DNA of 64,000 nucleotides, from positions 60,452,001 through 60,516,000 of the forward strand of contig CM059438.1 of assembly GCA_030390025.1 (NCBI GenBank), in the 5' to 3' direction. The position numbers and the translations under genes were made by a program. Source of the DNA: Squalus acanthias. Taxonomy: Eukaryota. Below are positions 37,446 through 48,620 of the stretch, in pieces. Position 1 is the first letter of the stretch. Every line of letters starts with the position of its first letter. The notes beneath the pieces were generated by a model, which saw only the letters and a program-made list of their open reading frames with translations, ran no database searches and had not been told where the DNA came from.

Positions 37446-38000
37446 TCATAAACCTTTGATGAGGTAGATGGGGAAGAAGATGATGCCAAACATCATAACA
37501 AATCCGCCCATCATCAGGAGACTGAGACAGCAGCAGTTACTGGAGAAAATCCAATACCTGGAGATCCGGGGCGTGTGGTGGACACCCACCAGATGTGATG
37601 GGTTGGAGAGTTCAGGGTTGGGATGGGGCAAGAGTTGTAATGTCACCACGGTCGCAGTATCGTCGTATTCATCCCTCTTCAGCCAGCAGAGCCGAGACCC
37701 CTCCAACCAAACCTGCTGCGCGGTTTGCAGCCCCGGGGGGAAGGTGGACATCATCTCCAGGTCGGGGTTAAGCTTGGGGACTCCTCCTGGTGGGATGGAG
37801 ACGGCAGTCCGGCAGAGCGGGCAGGGGAAAGTCTCGCTCTGCTTCATGAAGATGCAGAGTCGCGCCAGACACTCCATGCAGAAGGTGTGACCACAGGAGA
37901 GCAGCAATGGTGTCTTGGAGGCATTGTCATAGACCAGGTAACAGACCGGGCATTCGGAAATAGTCCTCTGCAGCTCAGTCTCCTCTCTCTCAACAGCCAT
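37446..38000 (-). CDS. RING-HC (C3HC4) E3 ubiquitin ligase with C-terminal membrane anchor, RNF223/RNF183/RNF225 family (most like RNF223), 184 aa
   Basis: ECPVC-x-YDNASKTPLLLSCGHTFCMECLARL…CPLCR RING; family motif VWLEGSRLC; hydrophobic C-tail LSLLMMGGFVMMFGIIFFPIYLI; intact ATG (38000) to TGA (37446) in one exon, as usual for this family. Exact orthology not determinable here. Confidence 0.9.
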   Translation of the reverse strand: MAVEREETELQRTISECPVCYLVYDNASKTPLLLSCGHTFCMECLARLCIFMKQSETFPCPLCRTAVSIPPGGVPKLNPDLEMMSTFPPGLQTAQQVWLEGSRLCWLKRDEYDDTATVVTLQLLPHPNPELSNPSHLVGVHHTPRISRYWIFSSNCCCLSLLMMGGFVMMFGIIFFPIYLIKGL

Positions 38001-38652
38001 GTGCTCAGGATTCACCAGGAACCACCAACTCCATTCTGTAGCCCTCAGCCGGGGAGATTTGCAAGCTCCAAAGAAGTTGGAAGGACATTAAGTGAAATCC
38101 AGGCTGTCCACGCCACGGGGTTCTGAGCTGAAAGTCCCAATCAATGTCTCTTTTATTGTCTGTGTGAGTGTTGCCCTTATTTTCAGAGACTGGCGTGTCT
38201 CTCTCTGTAATAATCTGCTTCCTGTGGGAGGTGTGATTGATGCTCAGTTTGGCCACCCGCTTTGTGCTTGACAGATATCCCCAGGTGTGAGAGTCTCTCG
38301 CCCTTCTCCAGAAGCTCTCTCTCTCTCTCTCTCCTCTCTGCGAATGTGTGTATGTGTGTTTGCTGCCCGTTTCTAAGCTGCCTTGGGCTCTTTGTCCGCC
38401 TGGTTACCGCCTTCATTCACCAGCCGCTCAGACCCAGCCTGCAGCGTCGAGCTCCTTCCTTAGCAACTGGTCTTTTGGCGCAAGCGGCCAGGACTTGCCT
38501 CGCCCCAGACAGCTGCTGGATGGGAGCCCGGTGAGAAGGGGCAGAGGCAGGACTGCGGCACTACATTGAAATAATCCAGGCAGCCTGGACTGAGAGGAGA
38601 AGAGGTTGGAACGGAATGGGAGAGGCAAGGGGGTGAGAGAGCCTGGGGAGAA

Positions 38653-39933
38653 GAATGATATCTTTTGTGACTGTGACAAAGGTAAACTATCCCTCCTCGT
38701 CCTTCTTGACTTGTCTGCAGCCTTTGACACGGTTGACCACTCCATCCTTCTCCAACGCCTCTCCACCGTCATCCAGCTGGGTGGGACTGCGCTCGCCTGG
38801 TTCCATTCTAATCTATCTAATCGTAGCCAACGGCTTCTCTTCCTGCTCCCGCATCGTTACCTCTGGAGTCCCCCAAGGATCTATCCTTGGCCCCCTCCTA
38901 TTTCTCAACTGCATGCTACCCCTTGGCGACATCATCCGAAAACACAGTGTCTGTTTCCACATGTACGCTGATGACACCCAGCTCTACCTCACCACCACCT
39001 CTCTCGAACCCTCCACGGTGTCTAAGTTGTCAGACTGCTTGTCCGACATACATTTCTGGATGAGCAAAAATTTTCTCCAATTAAATATTGGGAAAACCGA
39101 AGCCATTGTTTTCGGTCCCCGCCACAAACTCTGTTCCCTAGCCACTGACTCCATCCCTCTCCCTAACATCTGTCTGAGGCTGAACCACACTGTTCGCAAC
39201 CTTGGCGTCATATTTGACCCTGAAATGAGCTTCCGACCACGTATCCGCAGCATAACAAAGACCGCCTACTTCCACCTCCGTAACATCGCCCGTCTCCAGC
39301 CTTACCTCAGCTCATCTGCTGCTGAAACCCTCATCCATGCCTTTGTTACCTCTAGACTTGACTATTCCAACGCATTCCTGGCTGGCCTCCCACATGCCAC
39401 CCTACATAAACTTGAGGTCATCCAAAACTCAGCTGCCCGTGTCCTAACTCGCACCAAGTCCCGTTCGCCCATCACCCCTGTGCTCGCTGACCTACATTGG
39501 CTCCCGGTTCAGCAGCGCCTCGATTTCAAAATTCTCATCCTTGTTTTCAAATCCCTCCATGGCCTCGCCCCTCCCTATCTCTGTAATCTCCTTCAGCCCC
39601 ACAACTCCCCGAGATATCTGCGCTCCTCTAATTCTGCCCTCTTGAGGATCCCTGATTATAATCGCTCAGCCTTTGGTGGCCGTGCCTTCTGTTGCCTAGG
39701 CCCTAAGCTCTGGAATTCCCTCCCTAAACCTCTCCGCCTCACGACCTCTCTTTCCTCCTTTAAGACGCTCCTTAAAACCTACCTCTTTGACCAAGCTTTT
39801 GGTCACCTGCCCTAATTTATCCTTATGTGGATCGGTGTCAAATTTTTTGTCTTAAAATACTCCTGTGCAGCGCCTTGGGACGTTTTACTATGTTAAAGGC
39901 GCTATATAAATACAAGTTGTTGTTGTTGTTGTT
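38653..39933 (+). mobile_element. 5'-truncated L2 LINE, well preserved
   Basis: LLDLSAAFDTVDH, GVPQGSILGP, YADD, SRLDYSN, LHWLPV, GPKLWNSLP; one frameshift near 38830; (GTT)n tail. Confidence 0.95.
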
Positions 39934-40567
39934 AATTAACACCTCCAAACTCAAGACACCCACCTGCAGTATGGGAGAGATTCAAAACTCCATCACAAAA
40001 ATCCAATGCATGCATGTCCAAACTTCACTTCAAGAAAGAACTTGCATTTATACAGCGCCTTTCTCAACCCCAGGTCTCCATGCATGTAGCATAAGAAATA
40101 AAACAAGCCCAAATTCATTTTAAAGGGTGTGACATAGTGGCTGTCACGGAGACCTGGCTACAAGCTCGGCATGGCTGGGAGATAAATATTCCAGGTTATA
40201 AGGTCTTTAGAAAAAACAGAGACATTGGAAAAGGAGGGGCGTGGGGTAGCAATATTGACACCAGACACTATTACAGCATGAGAAAGAGGGGATACCAGTC
40301 AGGGTGGGCAGGCAGTAGAAACGCAATGGGTAGAATTGAGAAATAGAAAAAGATGTGAGACTTTGGTGTGTGTTATTTATAGACCTCCAGATAGCAGTGA
40401 TAAAGTAGCCGGAGACATAAACGTGGAGATCAGAGATGCTTGTTGCAAAAACAGAGTAGTTATAATGGGAGACTTTAATTTTCACATAGACTCGGAGAAG
40501 CAGAACAGCTCGAGTCCCAAAAGCAGCGAATTTCTTGAGAGTCTTCAAGACAGTTTTCTGGAACAAT

Positions 40568-41050
40568 GGGCCGTAATTTCCGATAGGAGGCTTCCCGCGT
40601 GCGGAGGCCTGCGATCTGGAAAAAATCTACGGACTTACCTGAGGGCTCCCGAGGTGCATATAGTTCCGCTCCTGGGTCTCTCCACAGTCGAAATGTGCAG
40701 GGCCCACGTATCCCGGAGGCGCATGCGGTTCGCAAGCGTCCCTGGGATCACGTGGGCCATGGGGAGCCAATAGGAGAAGGGAATCTCCCTTCATACACTT
40801 GACAGATAGACCTGTCAAATATATGAATGGAGATCACCCCAAAAACACAGTAAAACATTAAATACATTTTTTTTAAATCACTTTTTAAAAATGAGTTCAA
40901 ATTACAATAAATTAAATATTTGAAACAAATTTAATTTTTTGAAAAAAATAATTAAAGTTTTTTACGGGGCTTAAAATAAACTTACCTTTTTTAAAAGTAT
41001 TTTTAAATTATAAATGAGTGAAAACATTTTTTAAAACTTTTTTCAATTAG
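40568..41050. mobile_element. Harbinger-type MITE, one end lost
   Basis: Left TIR GGGCCGTAATTTCCGAT preceded by AAT; body homologous to 15497-15975. Confidence 0.8.
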
Positions 41051-44000
41051 ATTAAGTGATGAGCAATGAGCCTGAATTCGTCAATAATCTAACGGTAAGG
41101 GAACACCCAGCTAACAGTGACCATAATGGATTTGACATTAGGTTTGGGAGGGAGAAGGGTGAGTCACGAACTAAGGCTTTAAATTTAGGTAAGGCTGACT
41201 TTGGAGGGATGAGGCTGGAATTGACCACATTAGAATGGGCAGAACTATTAACGGATAAAACTACGGATAAACAGTGGACGGTGTTCAAAAAGGTATGTGG
41301 TAGTATACAAGATCTACATATTCCATAACGGGCAGCAGCTTTACTTGTGTAATTCAACAACCTTGGTCAACAAGGGCAGTAAGAGATAGTACATAACTAA
41401 AAGAAACCAAAGCAAAGAACAGTAGAGATCCTGCGGACTGGGCGAGATATAAAGAACAACAAAGGGATACAAAGAAAGTGGTAAGAGCTGCAAATAGGGA
41501 ATACGAAAGAAAGCTTGTGAGAGATATCAAAGACAATATGAAAGATTTTTACAAATATATTAAGAGGGTGGCTAAGAGTAATGCGGGCCCCTTAATGACT
41601 GGCGCAGGTGATACTGTAGTTGGAAATCAGGAAATGGCAGACTTACTAACTAGCTACTTTGTATCGGTCTTCAGAGTGGAGGATGAGCATAAATACCAGA
41701 GATGCCAGGAAAAATTAAAATAAATCAAGGGGAGGAACGAACTAGATTCAGTACAAGTAAAAAAAAATGGTAATGGAGAAACTAATGCGATTAAAGATAG
41801 ACAAATCTCCAGGACCTGATGGTTTCCACCCCAGGGTATTAAAAGAAGTAGGTGAGGAAATTGTTGATGCGTTAGTCATGATCTTCCAAAACACTCTCGA
41901 TTCAAAAATTGTCGCCTTAGGTTGGAAAACTGCCAACGTCACTCCATTATTTAAGATGGGTAGGAGAGACAAACTAGGAAATTATAAGCCTATTAGTCTA
42001 AGGTCAGTTGCGGGAAAGTTACTAGAATCTGTTGTTCGGGGCAGAGTGACTGAGCATTTGGACAAATACGAGCTGATCAGAGAGAGCCAGCATGGATTTG
42101 TTAAGGATAAGTCATGTCTAACAAACCTAGTTGATTTTTTTGAGGAGGTAACTAACATGGTAGATAAGGGAGTGTCTATGGATGTTATTTATATGGACGA
42201 TTTGATAAGGTTCCACACAAGAGACTGTTAACAAAAATGAGAGCGCATGGAACTGGAGGCAACCTATTGGTTTGGGTAGGGAATTGGTTGGAAGGTAGAG
42301 ACAGAGAGTAGGAATATTGGGTATGTACTCAAATTGGCAGGATGTGACTAGTGGTATCCCCAGGGATCTATACTGGGTCCTCAGCTTTTCACTATATTTA
42401 CAAATGACTTGGATGAAGGAATAGACAGCCATATATCTAAGTTTGCTGACAACACCAAGTTAGTTGGCACAGTAAATTATGTAGATGGAAGCAGAAAGTT
42501 GCAAAGGGACATTGATAGATTAAGTGAGTGGACAAAACTATGGTAGTGGAAATCTGGAACTCTCTCCCCCAAAAAGCTGTTGAGCCTAGGTCAATTGAAA
42601 ATTTCAAAACTGAGATTGCTAGATTTTTGTTAGGCAAGGATATTAAGGGTCACGGAACCAAGGTGGGTAAATGGAGTTAAGATACAGATCAGCCATGATC
42701 TAATTGAATGGCAGAACAAGCTCGAGGAGCTGAATGGCCTCTTCTTCTTAAGCAGTCCCTCGGAACCGAGGATGACTTGCTTCCACACTAAAAATGAGTT
42801 CTCAGGTGACTGATGAGTCCAATGCAGGACCTACAGTCTCTGTCACAGGTGGGGCAGATGGTGGTTGAAGGGGCGGGTGGGTGGGGTGCTTGGGTTGACG
42901 TGCGCTCCTTCCGCTGTTTGCGCTTGGCTTCCGCCTGCTCCAGGCGAAGAGACTCGAGGTGTTCGGCGCCTTCCCGGATGCTTCTCCTCCACATTGTGCG
43001 GTCTTGGGCCAGGGATTCCCAGGTGTCAGTGGGGATGTTGCACTTTTTCAAGGAGGCTTTGAGGGTGTCCTTCAAGCATTTCCTCTGCCCACCTGGGGCT
43101 CTCTTGCCATGTCGGAGCTCCGAGTAGAGCGCTTGTTTTGGGAGTCTCGTACCGGGCATGTGGACGATGTGGCCCGTCCATCAGAGCTGATCGAGCGTGG
43201 TCAAAGCTTCGATGCTGGGGATGTTGGCATGAGCAAGAACACTGACGTTGGTGCGCCTATCCTGCCAATGGATTTGCAGGATCTTGCGGAGGCAGCGTTG
43301 GTGGTACCTCTCCAGTGTTTTGAGGTGCCTGCTGTACATGGTCCATGTCTCTGAAGCACACAGGAGGGCGGGTATCACTACTGCTCTGTAGACCATGAGC
43401 TTGGTGCTGGGTTTGAGGTCCTGGTCTTCAAACACTCTCTTCCTCAGGCGACCGAAGGCTGCACTGGCACACCGAAGGTGGTGTTCGACTTTGTCATCGA
43501 CATCTGCCCTTGTTGACAGTAAGCTCCCGAGGTATGGAAAGTGGTCTACGTCGTCCAAAGCCTCGTCATGGATTTTGATAATCGGAGAGCAGTACTGTGT
43601 GGTGGGGGCAGGTTGGTAGAGGAGCTTTGTCTTACGGATGTTTAGTGTAAGACCTATGCTCTTGTACGCTTCGGTGAAGGTGTCGATGATGGTTTGGAGT
43701 TCGGCCTCAGAGTGTGCGCAGACACAAGCGTCATCTGCATACTGTAATTCGATGACAGAGGATGGGACGACCTTGGATCTGGACTGGAGGCGATGGAGGT
43801 TGAACAGTTTCCCGTTTGTTCTGTAGATTAGCTCCACTCCAGCGGGGAGCTTACTGAGGGTGAGATGGAGCATTGCAGCCAGGAAGATCGAGAAGAACGT
43901 TGGTGCAATGACACAGCCTTGCTTGACCCCGGTCCGTATGTGAATTGGGTCTGTGGTGGATCCATTGGTCAGGATCACGGCTTGCATGTCATCGTGAAGC

Positions 44001-45632
44001 AGGCGGAGGATGGTAACAAACTTTTGAGGGCAGCCGAATTTGAGGAGGACACTCCATAATCCCTCACGGTTGACGGTGTCGAAGGCCTTTTGAGGTCAAA
44101 GAAGGCCATGTACAGCGATTGCTGCTGTTCCCTGCATTTCTCTTGTAGTTGACGCGTGGTGAAGATCATGTCCATTGTGCCCCTTAGTGGGCAGAATCCA
44201 CATTGTGTCTCTGGGAGGAGCTCTTCAGCCACTGGGAGAAGGCGATTCAGGAGGATTCTTGCGATGACTTTCCCTGTGGCAGACAGCAGGGAGACTCCTT
44301 TGTAATTACCGCAATCGGACTTGTCACCTTTCTTGAAGATGGTCATGATTACGGCATCTCTGAGATCCCCTGGCATGTACTCCTCCTTCCAAATAAGAGA
44401 AATGAGTTCATGTATTTGCGCCAATAGTGCTTCTCCGCCATGTTTTAGCGCCTCGGCGGGGATTCCATCTGCTCCTTGTTCTTCAGTTGTCGGATGGCCT
44501 TTTCAACCTCATGCCGGGTTGGGGTTATGCTGCGGTGGTGGCAGGTGGCATGCTGCGGGATGGAGTTGAGGACACTCGCGTCGAAGGCAGAGACTCGGTT
44601 AAGGAGATCTTTGAAGTGCTCCTTCCAGCGGGCACTGACTGCCTCTCTGTCCTTGATGATTACCTCTCCGTCCTTGATGATTACCTCTCCGTTCTTGGCA
44701 CGCAGTGGGGTAGGACCTTAGGTGCTTGGGCCGCAGGTGGTCTTGACTGCGCTAAAGAATCCACGCACGTCATGGTTGTCGGCTAGCTGCTGGATCTCCT
44801 GCGCTTTCTCCACCCACCATCTGTTCTTTAGGTCGCGAGTTTTTTGTTGGACCTCGGCCTTCAGGCGTCTGTAGAGCTGCTTTCTTGCTCTCGAGTTCAG
44901 TTGCTGTTTCCAGATCAGGAATGCCTTGCGCTTGCGGCTTATTAGCTCCTGAATCTCCTGGTCGTTCTCGTCGAACCAGTCTTGGTGTTTCCTGGTCGAG
45001 TGACCGAGCGTCTCTTCACAGGCCTTGAGTGCAGACCAGGCGCTGTGGACACTCTGGGTCTCTGAATCACTGGGAGTCATCAGGTTGGTTGTGAGGCGCA
45101 GGCTGAATAGGGCTTTCTTAGCAGGGTCTGAGTGTTTCAGCGTTGATTTTCCTGCGGCATTGCTTCTGTTGCCGCCGCTGTTTTGGGCCTACATTGATGG
45201 AGATGACAGAGTGGATTAGGCGGTGGTCTGTCCAGCAGTCGTCAGCTCCTGTCATGGCACGGGTGATGCGGACGTCCTTGCGGTCCCTCGCTCGGACGAT
45301 GACGTAGTCCAGCAGATGCCAGTGCTTGGAGCGAGGGTGTTGCCATGAAGCCTTGTACTTGTCTCTCTGACGGAACAAGGTGTTGGTTATGACAAGGCCA
45401 TGTTCTAAGCATTTCGTCAGGAGGAGAGTACCATTGGAGTTGGCTTTCCCTACCCCCTCTCTGCTGATCACACCTCCCCAGAGGTCTGTGTCCTTTCCAA
45501 CTCTGGCGTTAAAGTCGCCAAGGAGGATCAGCTTGCCGCCCGTTGGGACTCGGGTCAGGGATTGCTCGAGGCTGGAGTAGAATTCCTCTTTGGTCTCGTC
45601 TGTGGCTCCAGTGTTGGGGCGTACGCACTGAT

Positions 45633-45825
45633 AGATAGAATTGCATAGAATGTACAGCACAGAAACAGGCCATTCGGCCCAACAGTTCTATGCCAGTGTT
45701 TATGCTCCACACGAGCTTCCTCCCACCCCTCTTCATCTAACCCCATCCATACCCTTCTATTCTTTCTTCCTTGCGTGTTTATCCAGCTTCCTCTTACATG
45801 CATCTCTGCTATACGCATCAACTAC
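45633..45825 (-). mobile_element. CR1 3' end forming the tail of the NATD1-like insertion
   Basis: Minus strand …GGAAGCTGGATAAACAC…GGGCCGAATGGCCTGTTTCTGTGCTGTACATTCTATGCAATTCTAT matches CR1 tails elsewhere in the window (e.g. 4825-4865, 63130-63180). Confidence 0.85.
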
Positions 45826-45995
45826 AGTGTCATTAGTGGACACATATACATTCCTGTCTAAAAATGATAATCCATTTAATGTGTGATCAAAATCATTTAA
45901 ACCATAAAAGGGTGATTTTTTCTTTTTTTTTGTATAATGCTAAGTTGGAGGCATTTGTTCCAAACCAACATGAAGGGGACCGATGATCTGTGCTG

Positions 45996-46365
45996 TCAGT
46001 TCACTATCCGTTCCCTGTACTGAGGCCTTGGATTCTCCGTCACGTATTTCCTTATAAACCAGCAGCTGATGTGAGCCTTGAGGTCCTCCTCTACCACAAA
46101 ATTCAAGGCAGCCTGTGCTAGCCGCACACCAACTCCTCGTCCCCTGAACACACTTGGCACTGTTGTGCTGTTCAGATCAACCATTTTATTTCCGATGTAA
46201 CTACCGCAAAACAGCTTCTTCTGACGAATGGTCCAGCTTAATGGAGAACTGGCGCTTTGCCCGGTCGTGTTGGACATACAGGTCGGAACCGCCGCCGCGG
46301 CCCGACCAGCCTCCGACTCCGAAATTCATCAGCTATGACAGGTTAGTGACAAACCGCCGTGACAT
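45996..46365 (-). pseudogene. NATD1: Processed pseudogene of a NATD1-like GNAT acetyltransferase-domain gene
   Basis: Reconstructed MSRRFVTNLS*LMNF…[27 protein letters not shown] / [67 protein letters not shown] follows NATD1 over its whole domain. Intronless; nonsense codon at 46333-46335 and frameshift at about 46200. May derive from a NATD1 paralog. Confidence 0.88.
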
Positions 46366-46984
46366 GATGATGACTGATGACCATAGCGCACTGGTTCCGG
46401 GCTAGGGTGAGCCGTAGAGTCATGAGGCATTCGTTTATTCCACAAGGGGAGTCTCTGAGACGTTCAACTAGCTCATTTTTTATGGCGAAGCCTACCCCAT
46501 GGAGGCGGCGTTCTTCTTCAGGTTTGCCTTTCCAGAAGAAGGTGTAACCACCGCCTTGCTCCTTGAGCTGGCCTTCCCCTGCCCGCCGGGTCTCATTTAG
46601 GGCGGCGATGTCTATGTCGAAACGTCTGAGCTCCCGGGCAACGATAGCAGTACGGCGTTCCGGTCTGTCACTGTTGGGGTTGTCCATGAGGGTCCTGACG
46701 TTCCAGATCCCGAACTTCATTTTAAAGGGTGGAAGATGCCTGTGCGTGAATTCTTTTAACGTGGGATGGCCGTTGCACACCAGCTACCACACGGGCTTGA
46801 CAGAGCAAGGTCTTGGTCCAATGGCAAGGGGATCCAAGATGATTGGAGACCAGGCTCTGCTACATCGGCCTAGCACACACACACAAACATACTCCTACTA
46901 TCCTCCTCCCTCCTTCCCGCAGGTCCTCTCTGCCTGGGTTTCATAGGCTGCAGTGTGGTCCTCCCGACCCCGCTGCTGGTCCAC

Positions 46985-47142
46985 GCTACGCCACTCCTGG
47001 GCCTCGACCTGACTGCTGGGCTCGTCCTCGCTCCTGGGCTTTGCCCTCGCTCCTGGGTCCCTGACCTCGCTCCTGGGTCCCGTCTTCGCTCCTGTGTCCC
47101 GACCTCGCTCCTGGGCCTCGACCTCGCTCCTGGGCCCCGTCC
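46985..47142 (+). repeat. Degenerate tandem repeat of about 19 bp (CCTCGCTCCTGGGCCYCGA)
   Basis: About 8 imperfect units between the RTE 5' end and the right-hand duplication copy. Confidence 0.75.
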
Positions 47143-47295
47143 TCAAAACTGAGATTGCTAGATTTTTGTTAGGCAAGGATATTAAGGGTCATGGACCCAA
47201 AGTGGGTAAATGGAGTTAAGATACAGATCAGCCATGATCTAATTGAATGGCAGAACAAGCTCGAGGAGCTGAATGGCCTACTCCTGTTCCTATGT

Positions 47296-47866
47296 GCCAA
47301 AGCACTTTACAGCTAAGGAAATACTTTAGAAGTGTAGTCACTGTTGCAATGTAGGGAAACACGGCAGCCAAGTTGCGCACAGCAAGATCCCATAAACAGC
47401 AATGAGGTAAATGCCCAGATAATCTGTTTAGTGATGTGGGGATTGACATGACTATGAGATGCCACCAGGCCCCCGGTGGGTTTCCGATCTCACGGTCCAA
47501 CTGCAAGTTTCAATGTTATTGCAAAGATATCAAGTGAAATCCAGGTTGTACATGCGTCTTTCGGATGAAACATTAAACCGAGGTCACGTCTGCCCTCTCA
47601 GGTGGACGTAAAAGATCCCATGGTACTATTCGAAGAAGAGCAGGGGAGTTCTCCCCAGTATTCTGGGGCCAATATGTATCCCACAACCAACATCACTAAA
47701 ACGGATTATCTGGTCATTATCTCACTGCTGTTTGTGGGATCTTGCTGTGTGTAAATTAGCTGCCGTGTTTCCTACATTACACTTCAAAAGTACTTCCTTG
47801 GCTGTAAAGCTCTTTAGGATGTCCTGAGGTCATGACAGGCACTATAAAAATGCAAGTCTTTCTTTC
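47296..47866. mobile_element. Two partial Deu-domain SINEs (47296-47440 minus; 47555-47866 plus)
   Basis: Both match the body/tail of the full copies. Confidence 0.85.
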
Positions 47867-48620
47867 ACAGGTTCTGAGCTGAAAGTCCCAATTTCTCCTT
47901 TAACGGCCCGTAGCTTCCGATCCTGGGCCTCTCCAAACTCCAAGTGCGCAGGGCCCACGTATCCCAGAGGCGCATGTAGTTCGCAAGCGTCCCTGGGATC
48001 ACGTGGGCCATGGGGAGCCAATCAAAGAAGGGAATCTCCCTTCATACACTTGACAGGAAGACCTGTTAAATATATGAATGCAGATCAACCCAAAAACATA
48101 GTAAAACTTTAAATAAATTTAAAAAAAATCATATTTTTAAAATGACTTGAAATTACAATAAATTAAATATTTTATACAAAAATTAAATTTTTTGAAAAAA
48201 ATAATTAAAGTTTTTTACGGGGCTAAAAATAAACTTACCTTTTCTTAAAGTATTTTTAAATGATAAATCAGTGAAAACATTTTTTTTTAGATTTTTTCAA
48301 CTCTTATCCTGGTAAAAGCAGGCCTTGCTCCTGCTTTTACCAGGCGTAAGAATTGTAATGGTTTTCTGCGGGTGGAGGTTCTGCAGAAAGCGGAACTATC
48401 CGCCCGCAGAGGCCCTTCTCTAGGGCAGGCGGAGGATCTGTTTGACAGATCGGAAATGCCGGTTTTCAGCGCATGCGCTGTGCATGCCTGAAAACGGCAT
48501 TTCCGATGTCCCTACGGGCGGGTGCACAGCGCGTACACACCCGTAGGGATCGGAATATCTGGGCCATTGTCTGTGAGCATTGCCCTTTGAGAGACAGGCG
48601 TTTCTCTGTAATAATCTGCC
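47445..48620 (-). pseudogene. Relic duplicate of the RING gene upstream region, split by a SINE and a MITE
   Basis: Collinear blocks shared with 38060-38218, including 23 identical bases GGTTCTGAGCTGAAAGTCCCAAT and 17 identical bases TCTCTGTAATAATCTGC. Confidence 0.65.
47905..48565. mobile_element. Harbinger-type MITE
   Basis: TIR GGCCCGTAGCTTCCGATCC / GGATCGGAATATCTGGGCC; homologous to 15497-16254. Confidence 0.88.

Larger units (their letters stand above)
42741..46872 (-). mobile_element. Near full-length RTE-clade LINE (APE + RT), frameshifted
   Basis: FGIWNVRTL, ALNETR, GVGFAI, SAYAPT, LLGDFNARVG, WHLLDYVI, TDHRL, QCGF, GVKQGCVIAP, LQYADD, FPYLGS, RLPKQALYSEL, C-terminal CPTC…SHLRTH; (AAG)n 3' tail at 42741-42750. 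Confidence 0.95.
40060..47295 (+). mobile_element. Decayed CR1 ORF2 (40060-42740, tail completed at 47143-47295), host of a MITE and the RTE
   Basis: AVTETWL, IYRPP, IMGDFN, DKSPGPDG, SQHGF remnants with many stops; tail …GGCCTACTCCTGTTCCTATG after the RTE. Confidence 0.88.

Noticed and set aside
37468..37890. 140-aa plus-strand ORF overlapping the RING gene
   Set aside because: Antisense shadow of a real CDS; no recognisable domain.
44649..44690. 21-bp perfect tandem duplication in the RTE ORF
   Set aside because: Ordinary slippage in an already frameshifted copy.
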